From Lingula anatina (taxonomy: Eukaryota; Animalia; Brachiopoda): a stretch of 64,000 nt of DNA. Shown in pieces: positions 23,626 through 34,746 of this stretch (its first letter is position 1; every line of letters starts with the position of its first letter). Under the pieces are notes generated by a model. That model searched no databases and was not told where the DNA came from. It saw nothing but the letters and a program-made list of their open reading frames with translations. The position numbers and the translations under genes are program-made. The DNA is taken from contig CM120646.1 of assembly GCA_051362555.1 (NCBI GenBank), forward strand, positions 9,362,001-9,426,000, given 5' to 3'.

Positions 23626-26600
23626 ACACTTAAAGCCCTTCTTTTCCTTTCTTTTTTGCTCTGTAAAGCCCTTCTTTTCTTTTCTTTTCGTGTCTCTAAA
23701 GCCTTCTTTTCGGGTATCCAAGCCCCTATAAAGCCCTTCTTTTCCTTTCTTTTTTGCTCTCTAAAGCCCTTCTAAAGCCCTTCTTTTCCTTTCTTTTTTG
23801 CTCTCTAAAGCCGTTCTAAAGCCCTTCTTTTCCTTTCTTTTAGTGTCTCTAAAGCGTTCTTTTCGGGTATCCAAGCCCCTATGAAGCCCTTCTTTTCCTT
23901 TCTTTTTTGCTCTCTAAAGCCGTTCTAAAGCCCTTCTTTTCCTTTCTTTTAGTGTCTCTAAAGCCTTCTTTTCGGGTATCCAAGTCTCTATAAAGCCCTT
24001 CTTTTCCTTTCTTTTTTGCTCTCTTAAGCCCTTCTAAAGCCCTTCTTTTCCTTTCTTTTCGTGTCTCTAAAGCCTTCTTTTCGGGTCTCTAAGCCCCTAT
24101 AAAGCCCTTCTTTTCCTTTCTTTTTTGCTCTGTAAAGCCCTTCTTTTCTTTTCTTTTCGTGTCTCTAAAGCCCTTCTTTTCGGGTCTCTAAGCCCCTATA
24201 AAGCCCTTCTTTTCCTTTCTTTTTTGCTCTCTAAAGCCGTTCTAAAGCCCTTCTTTTCCTTTCTTTTAGTGTCTCTAAAGCGTTCTTTTCGGGTATCCAA
24301 GCCCCTATGAAGCCCTTCTTTTCCTTTCTTTTTTGCTCTCTAAAGCCGTTCTAAAGCCCTTCTTTTCCTTTCTTTTAGTGTCTCTAAAGCCTTCTTTTCG
24401 GGTATCCAAGTCTCTATAAAGCCCTTCTTTTCCTTTCTTTTTTGCTCTCTTAAGCCCTTCTAAAGCCCTTCTTTTCCTTTCTTTTCGTGTCTCTAAAGCC
24501 TTCTTTTCGGGTCTCTAAGCCCCTATAAAGCCCTTCTTTTCCTTTCTTTTTTGCTCTCTAAAGCCCCTATAAAGCCCTTCTTTTCCTTTCTTTTTTGCTC
24601 TCTAAAGCCCCTATAAAGCCCTTCTTTTCCTTTCTTTTTTGCTCTCTAAAGCCGTTCTAAAGCCCTTCTTTTCCTTTCTTTTAGTGACTCTAAAGCCTTC
24701 TTTTCGGGTCTCTAAGCCCCTATGAAGCCCTTCTTTTCCTTTCTTTTTTGCTCTCTAAAGCCCTTCTAAAGCCTTTCTTTTCGGGTCTCTAAGCACCTAT
24801 AAAGCCCTTCTTTTCCTTTCTTTTTTTCTCTCTTAACCCCTTCTAAAGCCCTTCTTTTCGGGTCTCTAAGCCCCTATAAAGCCCTTCTTTTCCTTTCTTT
24901 TTTTCTCTCTAAACCCTTTCTAAAGCCCTTCTTTTCCTTTCTTTTCGTGTCTCTAAAGCCTTCTTTTCGTGTCTCCAAGCCCCTATAAAGCCCTTCTTTT
25001 CCTTTCTTTTTTGCTCTCTAAAGCCCTTCTAAAGCCCTTCTTTTCCTTTCTTTTAGTGACTCTAAAGCCTTCTTTTCGGGTCTCTAAGCCCCTATGAAGC
25101 CCTTCTTTTCCTTTCTTTTTTGCTCTCTAAAGCCCTTCTAAAGCCTTTCTTTTCGGGTCTCTAAGCACCTATAAAGCCCTTCTTTTCCTTTCTTTTTTGC
25201 TTTCTAAAGCCCTTCTAAAGCCCTTCTTTTCCTTTCTTTTCGTGTCTCTAAAGCCTTCTTTTCGGGTCTCCAAGCCCCTATAAAGCCCTTCTTTTCCTTT
25301 CTTTTTTGCTCTCTAAAGCCCTTCTTTTCCTTTCTTTTTTTCTCTCTTAACCCCTTCTAAAGCCCTTCTTTTCGGGTCTCTAAGCCCCTATAAAGCCCTT
25401 CTTTTCCTTTCTTTTTTTCTCTCTAAACCCTTTCTAAAGCCCTTCTTTTCCTTTCTTTTCGTGTCTCTAAAGCCTTCTTTTCGTGTCTCCAAGCCCCTAT
25501 AAAGCCCTTCTTTTCCTTTCTTTTTTGCTCTCTAAAGCCCTTCTAAAGCCCTTCTTTTCCTTTCTTTTAGTGTCTCTAAAGCCTTCTTTTCGGGTCTCCA
25601 AGCCCCTATAAAGCCCTTCTTTTCCTTTCTTTTTTGCTCTCTAAAGCCCTTCTAAAGCCCTTCTTTTCCTTTCTTTTTTGCTCTCTAAAGCCCTTCTAAA
25701 GCCCTTCTTTTCCTTTCTTTTCGTGTCTCTAAAGCCTTCTTTTCGTGTCTCCAAGCCCCTATAAAGCCCTTCTTTTCCTTTCTTTTTTGCTCTCTAAAGC
25801 CCTTCTAAAGCCCTTCTTTTCCTTTCTTTTTTTCTCTCTAAAGCCCTTCTAAAGCCCTTCTTTTCCTTTCTTTTCGTGTCTCTAAAGCCTTCTTTTCGGG
25901 TCTCCAAGCCCCTATTAAGCCCTTCTTTTCCTTTCTTTTCGTGTCTCTAAAGCCTTCTTTTCGGGTCTCTAAGCCGATATAAAGCCCTTCTTTTCCTTTC
26001 TTTTTTGCTTTCTAAAGCCCTTCTAAAGCCCTTCTTTTCCTTTCTTTTCGTGTCTCTAAAGCCTTCTTTTCGGGTCTCCAAGCCCCTATAAAGCCCTTCT
26101 TTTCCTTTCTTTTTTGCTCTCTAAAGCCCTTCTTTTCCTTTCTTTTTTGCTCTGAAAAGCCCTTCTTTTCCTTTCTTTTTTGCTCTCTAAAGCCCTTCTA
26201 AAGCCCTTCTTTTCCTTTCTTTTCGTGTCTCTAAAGCCTTCTTTTCGGGTCTCCAAGCCCCTATTAAGCCCTTCTTTTCCTTTCTTTTCGTGTCTCTAAA
26301 GCCTTCTTTTCGGGTCTCTAAGCCCCTATAAAGCCCTTCTTTTCCTTTCTTTTTTGCTTTCTAAAGCCCTTCTAAAGCCCTTCTTTTCCTTTCTTTTCGT
26401 GTCTCTAAAGCCTTCTTTTCGGGTCTCCAAGCCCCTATAAAGCCCTTCTTTTCCTTTCTTTTTTGCTCTCTAAAGCCCTTCTTTTCCTTTCTTTTTTGCT
26501 CTGAAAAGCCCTTCTTTTCCTTTCTTTTTTGCTCTCTAAAGCCCTTCTAAAGCCCTTCTTTTCCTTTCTTTTAGTGTCTCTAAAGCCTTCTTTTCGGGTC

Positions 26601-29600
26601 TCCAAGCCCCTATGAAGCCCTTCTTTTCCTTTCTTTTTTGCTCTCTAAAGCCGTTCTAAAGCCCTTCTTTTCCTTTCTTTTAGTGTCTCTAAAGCCTTCT
26701 TTTCGGGTATCCAAGTCTCTATAAAGCCCTTCTTTTCCTTTCTTTTTTGCTCTCTTAAGCCCTTCTAAAGCCCTTCTTTTCCTTTCTTTTCGTGTCTCTA
26801 AAGCCTTCTTTTCGGGTCTCTAAGCCCCTATAAAGCCCTTCTTTTCCTTTCTTTTTTGCTCTCTAAAGCCCCTATAAAGCCCTTCTTTTCCTTTCTTTTT
26901 TGCTCTCTAAAGCCCCTATAAAGCCCTTCTTTTCCTTTCTTTTAGTGTCTCTAAAGCCTTCTTTTCGGGTCTCTAAGCCCCTATGAAGCCCTTCTTTTCC
27001 TTTCTTTTTTGCTCTCTAAAGCCCTTCTAAAGCCTTTCTTTTCGGGTCTCTAAGCACCTATAAAGCCCTTCTTTTCCTTTCTTTTTTGCTTTCTAAAGCC
27101 CTTCTAAAGCCCTTCTTTTCCTTTCTTTTCGTGTCTCTAAAGCCTTCTTTTCGGGTCTCCAAGCCCCTATAAAGCCCTTCTTTTCCTTTCTTTTTTGCTC
27201 TCTAAAGCCCTTCTTTTCCTTTCTTTTTTTCTCTCTAAACCCCTTCTAAAGCCCTTCTTTTCGGGTCTCTAAGCCCCTATAAAGCCCTTCTTTTCCTTTC
27301 TTTTTTTCTCTCTAAACCCTTTCTAAAGCCCTTCTTTTCCTTTCTTTTCGTGTCTCTAAAGCCTTCTTTTCGGGTCTCCAAGCCCCTATAAAGCCCTTCT
27401 TTTCCTTTCTTTTTTGCTCTCTAAAGCCCTTCTTTTCCTTTCTTTTTTTCTCTCTAAACCCCTTCTAAAGCCCTTCTTTTCGGGTCTCTAAGCCCCTATA
27501 AAGCCCTTCTTTTCCTTTCTTTTTTTCTCTCTAAACCCTTTCTAAAGCCCTTCTTTTCCTTTCTTTTCGTGTCTCTAAAGCCTTCTTTTCGTGTCTCCAA
27601 GCCCCTATAAAGCCCTTCTTTTCCTTTCTTTTTTGCTCTCTAAAGCCCTTCTAAAGCCCTTATTTTCCTTTCTTTTAGTGTCTCTAAAGCCTTCTTTTCG
27701 GGTCTCCAAGCCCCTATAAAGCCCTTCTTTTCCTTTCTTTTTTGCTCTCTAAAGCCCTTCTTTTCTTTTCTTTTCGTGTCTCTAAAGCCTTCTTTTCGGG
27801 TCTCCAAGCCCCTATAAAGCCCTTCTTTTCCTTTCTTTTTTGCTCTCTAAAGCCCTTCTTTTCTTTTCTTTTCGTGTCTCTAAAGCCTTCTTTTCGGGTC
27901 TCCAAGCCCCTATAAAGCCCTTCTTTTCCTTTCTTTTTTGCTCTCTAAAGCCCTTCTAAAGCCCTTCTTTTCGGGTCTCCATCGTGTCTCTAAAGCCTTC
28001 TTTTCCTTTCTTTTTTGCTCTCTAAAGCCGTTCTAAAGCCCTTCTTTTCGGGTCTCTAAGCCCCTATAAAGCCCTTCTTTTCCTTTCTTTTCGTGTCTCT
28101 AAAGCCTTCTTTTCGGGTCTCCAAGACCCTATAAAGCCCTTCTTTTCCTTTCTTTTTTGCTTTCTAAAGCCCTTCTAAAGCCCTTCTTTTCCTTTCTTTT
28201 CGTGTCTCTAAAGCCTTCTTTTCGGGTCTCCAAGCCCCTATAAAGCCCTTCTTTTCCTTTCTTTTTTGCTCTCTAAAGCCCTTCTTTTCCTTTCTTTTTT
28301 TCTCTCTAAACCCCTTCTAAAGCCCTTCTTTTCGGGTCTCTAAGCCCCTATAAAGCCCTTCTTTTCCTTTCTTTTTTTCTCTCTAAACCCTTTCTAAAGC
28401 CCTTCTTTTCCTTTCTTTTCGTGTCTCTAAAGCCTTCTTTTCGGGTCTCCAAGCCCCTATAAAGCCCTTCTTTTCCTTTCTTTTTTGCTCTCTAAAGCCC
28501 TTCTTTTCCTTTCTTTTTTTCTCTCTAAACCCCTTCTAAAGCCCTTCTTTTCGGGTCTCTAAGCCCCTATAAAGCCCTTCTTTTCCTTTCTTTTTTTCTC
28601 TCTAAACCCTTTCTAAAGCCCTTCTTTTCCTTTCTTTTCGTGTCTCTAAAGCCTTCTTTTCGTGTCTCCAAGCCCCTATAAAGCCCTTCTTTTCCTTTCT
28701 TTTTTGCTCTCTAAAGCCCTTCTAAAGCCCTTCTTTTCCTTTCTTTTAGTGTCTCTAAAGCCTTCTTTTCGGGTCTCCAAGCCCCTATAAAGCCCTTCTT
28801 TTCCTTTCTTTTTTGCTCTCTAAAGCCCTTCTTTTCTTTTCTTTTCGTGTCTCTAAAGCCCTTCTTTTCTTTTCTTTTCGTGTCTCTAAAGCCTTCTTTT
28901 CGGGTCTCCAAGCCCCTATAAAGCCCTTCTTTTCCTTTCTTTTTTGCTCTCTAAAGCCCTTCTAAAGCCCTTCTTTTCGGGTCTCCAAGCCCCTATAAAA
29001 CCCTTCTTTTCCTTTCTTTTTTGCTCTCTAAAGCCGTTCTAAAGCCCTTCTTTTCGGGTCTCTAAGCCCCTATAAAGCCCTTCTTTTCCTTTCTTTTCGT
29101 GTCTCTAAAGCCTTCTTTTCGGGTCTCCAAGACCCTATAAAGCCCTTCTTTTCCTTTCTTTTTTGCTCTCTAAAGCCCTTATAAAGCCCTTCTTTTCCTT
29201 TCTTTTAGTGTCTCTTAAGCCTTCTTTTCGGGTCTCCAAGCCCCTATAAAGCCCTTCTTTTCCTTTCTTTTTTGCTCTCTAAAGCCCTTATAAAGCCCTT
29301 CTTTTCCTTTCTTTTTTGCTCTCTAAAGCCCTTCTAAAGCCCTTCTTTTCCTTTCTTTTAGTGTCTCTTAAGCCTTCTTTTCGGGTCTCCAAGCCCCTAT
29401 AAAGCCCTTCTTTTCCTTTCTTTTAGTGTCTCTTAAGCCTTCTTTTCGGGTCTCCAAGCCCCTATAAAGCCCTTCTTTTCCTTTCTTTTTTGCTCTCTAA
29501 AGCCCTTCTAAAGCCCTTCTTTTCCTTTCTTTTAGTGTCTCTAAAGCCTTCTGTTCGGGTCTCTAAGCCCCTATAAAGCCCTTCTTTTCCTTTATTTTTT

Positions 29601-30500
29601 GCTTTCTAAAGCCCTTCTAAAGCCCTTCTTTTCTTTTCATTTCGTGTCTCTAAAGCCTTCTTTTCGGGTCTCCAAGCCCCTATAAGGCCCTTCTTTTCCT
29701 TTCTTTTTTGCTCTCTAAAGCCCTTCTTTTCCTTTCTTTTTTTCTCTCTAAACCCCTTCTAAAGCCCTTCTTTTCCTTTCTTTTAGTGTCTCTAAAGCCT
29801 TCTTTTCGGGTCTCCAAGCCCCTATAAAGCCCTTCTTTTCCTTTCTTTTTTGCTCTGAAAAGCCCTTCTTTTCTTTTCTTTTCGTGTCTCTAAAGCCTTC
29901 TTTTCGCGTATCCAAGCCCCTATAAAGCTCTTCTTTTCCTTTCTTTTTTGCTCTCTAAAGCCCTTCTAAAGCCCTTCTTTTCCTTTCTTTTCGTGTCTCT
30001 AAAGCCTTCTTTTCGGGTCTCTAAGCCCCTATAAAGCCCTTCTTTTCCTTTCTTTTTTGCTCTCTAAAGCCGTTCTAAAGCCCTTCTTTTGCTTTCTTTT
30101 AGTGTCTCTAAAGCCTTCTTTTCGGGTCTCTAAGCCCCTATAAAGCCCTTCTTTTCCTTTCTTTTTTGCTCTCTAAAGCCCTTCTTTTCTTTCTTTTCGT
30201 GTCTCTAAAGCCCCTATAAAGCCCTTCTTTTCCTTTCTTTTTTGCTCTGTAAAATCCTTCTTTTCTTTTCTTTTCGTGTCTCTTAAGCCTTCTTTTCGTG
30301 TCTCTACAGCCCCTATAAAGCCCTTCCTATCTTTCCTTTTCGTGTCTCTTTAGCCTTGATTTCGTATCTTTAAAGCCCTTCTAAAGCCCTTCTTTTCGTT
30401 TCTTATGGTTTCTCTAAGTCCTTCTTTTTGTGTCTCAAAAGCCCTTCTTTGACCTTCTTTTTTGTTCTCTGAAGCCCTCCTTTTTGCTTTTTTATGCCAA
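23626..30500 (-). repeat. Pyrimidine-rich (TC) satellite arm built from ~11-, ~22- and ~33-nt modules
   Basis: Shuffled modules aaagcccttcttttcctttcttttttgctctct, aaagcccttct and aaagccttcttttcgggtctc; a reverse-complement relative of the left arm. Confidence 0.95.
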
Positions 30501-33500
30501 TTTTACAGTATTTTTAAAGTACTACATAGGGACTAGAGCCGATTTCGACAACATCGTCATTCCAATTGTGTAAGTTGAGCCTGACCAATGGGGACAAACA
30601 GGTTTCGCAAGTCCTGAGCAATTCCATCATTTTTAAAGTACTACATAGGGACTAGAGCCGATTTCGACAGCATCGACACTCCGATTGTGGTAGTTGAGCT
30701 GGACCAATCGATAGGAGAAAAACCCTTGGCTCCCTGTGGGATTCGAACCTGGGACCTTTTCACACCAAACCACTGCTCTACCAACTGAGCTACCTAGCCA
30801 GAGTCAAAATCCAGCAGCTGCTACAGGGGCTAGAGCCGATTTCGACAGTAGCGACATTCCCAATGTGGTAGTTGAGCCTGTCCTATCACGACACACCGAC
30901 TGCGCTAGTCCTGACCAATTCCAGCATTTTTAAAGTACTACATAGGGACTAGAGCCGATTTCGACAACATCGACATTCCGATTGTGGTAGTTGAGCTGGA
31001 CCAATCGATAGACTGGGAGAAAAACCCTTGGCTCCCTGTGGGATTCGAACCTTGGACTCTTGCACACCAAGCCACTGCTCTACCAACTGAGCTACCTAGC
31101 CAGAGTCAAAATCCAGCAGCTGCTACAGGGGCTAGAGCTGATTTCGACAGTATCGACATTCCCAATGTGGTAGTTAAGCCTGACCGATCGCAACACACCG
31201 ACTGCGCTAGTCCTGACCATTTCCAGCATTTTTAAAGTACTACATAGGGACTAGAGCCGATTTCGACAGCATCGACACTCCGATTGTGGTAGTTGAGCTG
31301 GACCAATCGATAGGCTGGGAGAAAAACCCTTGGCTCCCTGTGGGATTCGAACCTGGGACCTTTGCACACCAAACCACTGCTCTACCAACTGAGCTACCGA
31401 GCCAGAGTCAAAATCCAGCAGCTGCTACAGGGGTTAGAGCCAATTTCGACATCATCGACATTCCGATTGTGGTAGTTGAGCCTGACTGATTGTGACACAC
31501 CGATTGCGCTAGTCCTGACCAATTCCAGCATTTTTAAAGTACTACATAGGGACTAGAGCCGATTTCGACAACATCGACATTCCCATTGTGGTAGTTGAGC
31601 CTGACCGATCGCGACACACCGACTGCGCTATTCCGGACCAATTCCAGCATTTTTATAGTACTACAATGGGACTAGAGCCGATTTCGACAACATCGACATT
31701 CCGATTGTGGTAGTTGAGCTGGACCAATCGATAGACTGGGAGAAAAAACCCCTGTGGTATTCGAACCTGGGACTCTTGCACACCAAGCCACTGCTCTACC
31801 AACTGAGCTACCTAGCCAGAGTCAAAATCCAGCAGCTGCTACAGGGGCTAGCGCCAATTTCGACAGCATCAACATTCCGATTGTGGTAGTTGAGCCTAAC
31901 CGATCGTGACACACCGATTGCGCTAGTCCTGACCAATTCCAGCATTTTTAAAGTACTACATAGGGACTAGAGCCGATTTCGACAACATCGACATTCCGAT
32001 TGTGGTAGTTGAGCCAAACCAATCGCGACAAACAGATTGCGCTAGCCCTGACCAATTCCAGCATTTTTAAAGTACTACATAGGGACTAGAGCCGATTTCG
32101 ACAGCATCGACACTCCGATTGTGGTAGTTGAGCTGGACCAATCGATAGGCTGGGAGAAAAACCATTGGCTGCCTGTGGGATTCGAACCTGGGACTCTTGC
32201 ACACCAAGCCACTGCTCTACCAACTGAGCTACCTAGCCAGAGTCAAAATCCAGCAGCTGCTACAGGGGCTAGAGCCGATTTCGACAGTATCGACATTCCC
32301 AATGTGGTAGTTGAGCCTGACCTATCACGACACACCGACTGCGCTAGTCCTGACCAATTCCAGCATTTTTAAAGTACTACATAGGGACTAGAGCCGATTT
32401 CGACAACATCGACATTCCGATTGTGGTAGTTGAGCTGGACCAATCGATAGACTGGGAGAAAAACCCTTGGCTCCCTGTGGGATTCGAACCTGGGACTCTT
32501 GCACACCAAGCCACTGCTCTACCAATTGAGCTACCTAGCCAGAGTCAAAATCCAGCAGCTGCTACAGGGGCTAGAGCCGATTTCGACAGTATCGACATTC
32601 CCAATGTGGTAGTTAAGCCTGACCGATCGCAACACACCGACTGCGCTAGTCCTGACCAATTCCAGCATTTTTAAAGTACTACATTGGGACTAGAGCCGAT
32701 TTCGACAGCATCGACACTCCGATTGTGGTAGTTGAGCTGGACCAATCGATAGGCTGGGAGAAAAACCCTTGGCTGCCTGTGGGATTCGAACCTGGGACTC
32801 TTGCACACCAAGCCACTGCTCTACCAACTGAGCTTCCGAGGCAGAGTCAAAATCCAGCAGCTGCTACAGGGGTAGAGCCGATTTCGACAGCTTCGACATT
32901 CCGATTGTGGTAGTTGAGCCTGAACGATCGCGACACTCCGACTTCGCTATTCCGGACCAATTCCAGCATTTTTAAAGTACTACAAAGAGACTAGAGCCGA
33001 TTTCGACAACATCGACATTCCAATTGTGGTAGTTGAGCCAAACCAATCGCGACAAACAGATTGCGCTAGTCCTGACCAATTCCAGCATTTTTAAAGTACT
33101 ACATAGGGACTAGAGCCGATTTAGACAGCATCGACACTCCGATTGTGGTAGTTGAGCTGGACCAATCGATAGGCTGGGAGAAAAACCCCAGGCTCCCTGT
33201 GGTATTCGAACCTGGGATTCTTGCACACCAAGCCACTGCTCTACCAACTGAGCTACCTAGCCAGAGTCAAAATCCAGCAGCTGCTACAGGGGCTAGAACC
33301 AATTTCGACAGCATCGACATTCCGATTGTGGTAGTTGAGTCTGACCGATCGCGACACACCGACTGCGCTAGTCCTGACCAATTCCAGCATTTTTTAAAGT
33401 GCTACATAGGGACTAGAGCAGATTTCGACAGCATCGACAATCCGATTGTGGTAGTTGAGCCTAACCAATCGCAACTTACTAATTGCAGTAATCCTGACCA

Positions 33501-34689
33501 ATTCCAGCATTTTTTAAAGTACTACAAATGGACCAGAGCAGATTTCGACAGCATCGACATTCCAATTGTGGTAGTTGAGCCTAACCAAACGCAACAAACA
33601 GATTGCACTAGTCCTGATTTTTCCAGCATTTTTTAAAGTACTACATAGGGACTAGAGCCGATTTCGACAGTATCGACACTCCGATTGTGGTAGTTGGGCT
33701 GGACCAATCGCGACTAGAGCAGATTTTGTCAGCATCGACATTACGATTGTGGTAGTTGAGCTGGACCATTTGCTAGGCTGCTAGAAAAACCCTAGGCTCC
33801 CTCTGGGATTCGAACATGGGACTCTTGCACACCAAGCCACTGCTCTACCAACTGAGCTACTGAGCCAGTGTCAAAATCCAGCAGCTGCTACAGGGGCTAG
33901 AGCCAATTTCGACAGCATCGATATTCCGATTGTGGTAGTTGAGCCTGACCGATCGTGACACACTGATTGCGCTAGTCCTGACCAATTCCAGCATTTTTAA
34001 AGTACTACAAAGAGACTAGAGCCGATTTCGACAGCATCGACATTCCCATTGTGGTAGTTGAGCCTGACCGATCGCAACACAACGATTCCCCTTACTGGAC
34101 CAATTCCAGCATCTTTAAAAGTACTACAAAGGGACTAGAGCAGATTTCTAAAGCATCGACATTCCGATTGTGGTAGTTGAGCCTAACCAATCACAACTTA
34201 CAAATTGCAGTAGTCCTGACCAATTCCAGCATTTTTTAAAGTACTACAAATGGACCAGAGCAGATTTTGACAGCATCGACATTCCGATTGTGGTAGTTGA
34301 GCCTTACCAATCGCAATAAACAGATTGCGCTTGTCCTGACCAATTCCAGCATTTTTTCAAGTACTACAAAGGGACTTCAACAGCATCGACATTCCGATTG
34401 TGGTAGTTGAGCTGGACCAATCGATAGACTGGGAGAAAAACCCCAGGTTCCCTATGGGATTCGAACCTGGGACTCTTGCTTACCGAGCCATTGCTCTACC
34501 AACTGAGCTACCCAGCCAGAGTCAACACCCGGTAGCCGCTGCAGGGGCTAGAGCCTATTTTAACATCTTCTTTTTTCCAATTGTGGTAGTTGAGCCTGAC
34601 CGATCGCGACACACCTATTGTGCTATTCCTGGCCAATTTCAGTATTTTTAAAGTACTACAAAGGGACTAGAGCCGATTTCGACAGCATC
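30501..34689 (-). repeat. Right array of the same tRNA-containing satellite, reverse orientation
   Basis: Reverse-complement monomers (gtactacatagggactagagccgatttcgacagcatcgacattccgattgtggtagttgagc) with the same 119/183 periodicity; ends at a poly-C run near 34689-34704. Confidence 0.95.
30728..34517 (-). tRNA. Ten tRNA-derived (Thr-like) pseudo-tRNA / Pol III cassettes
   Basis: Reverse copies at 30728-30799, 31030-31101, 31332-31403, ~31749-31817 (short deletion), 32167-32238, 32469-32540, 32771-32842, 33191-33262, 33795-33866 and 34446-34517. Same A and B boxes and downstream T-run on the minus strand. Confidence 0.7.
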
Positions 34690-34746
34690 CCCCCCCCCCC
34701 CCCCATCGCTCTAATTTCTGGAATTTGTCGCAATTTCGGTGTGTGT

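Larger units (their letters stand above)
21122..30500. mobile_element. Foldback-like element made entirely of modular purine/pyrimidine satellite
   Basis: Matching inverted termini (ttggcataagaaagcaaaaagaagggcttcagaga at 21122; tctctgaagccctcctttttgcttttttatgccaa ending at 30500). Strand polarity flips at ~23625. No ORF-bearing loop and no TSD seen. Confidence 0.6.

Noticed and set aside
23550-23700. Telomere-telomere fusion site (purine-rich strand meeting its complement)
   Set aside because: Polarity resembles a fusion, but there are no TTAGGG or TTAGG arrays; ttagaaggg is only part of a complex module.
21227-28911. Phe/Leu/Ser-rich and Lys/Arg/Glu-rich ORFs
   Set aside because: Translation artefacts of low-complexity satellite.
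18582-34517. Functional tRNA-Thr(GGT) gene cluster
   Set aside because: Acceptor, anticodon and T stems do not pair properly, and Thr-GGT is not normally used in animal nuclear genomes.
18821-34651. Repeated 83-aa ORFs (MVVELDQS..FEPGTLAHQ..) as a peptide gene family
   Set aside because: They are antisense translations of the tRNA-bearing satellite unit, many start at GTG, and several copies are frameshifted.
18260-34689. CRISPR-like repeat-spacer array
   Set aside because: Units are 119-183 bp, the sequences between conserved blocks are themselves repeated rather than unique, there are no cas genes, and the context is eukaryotic.
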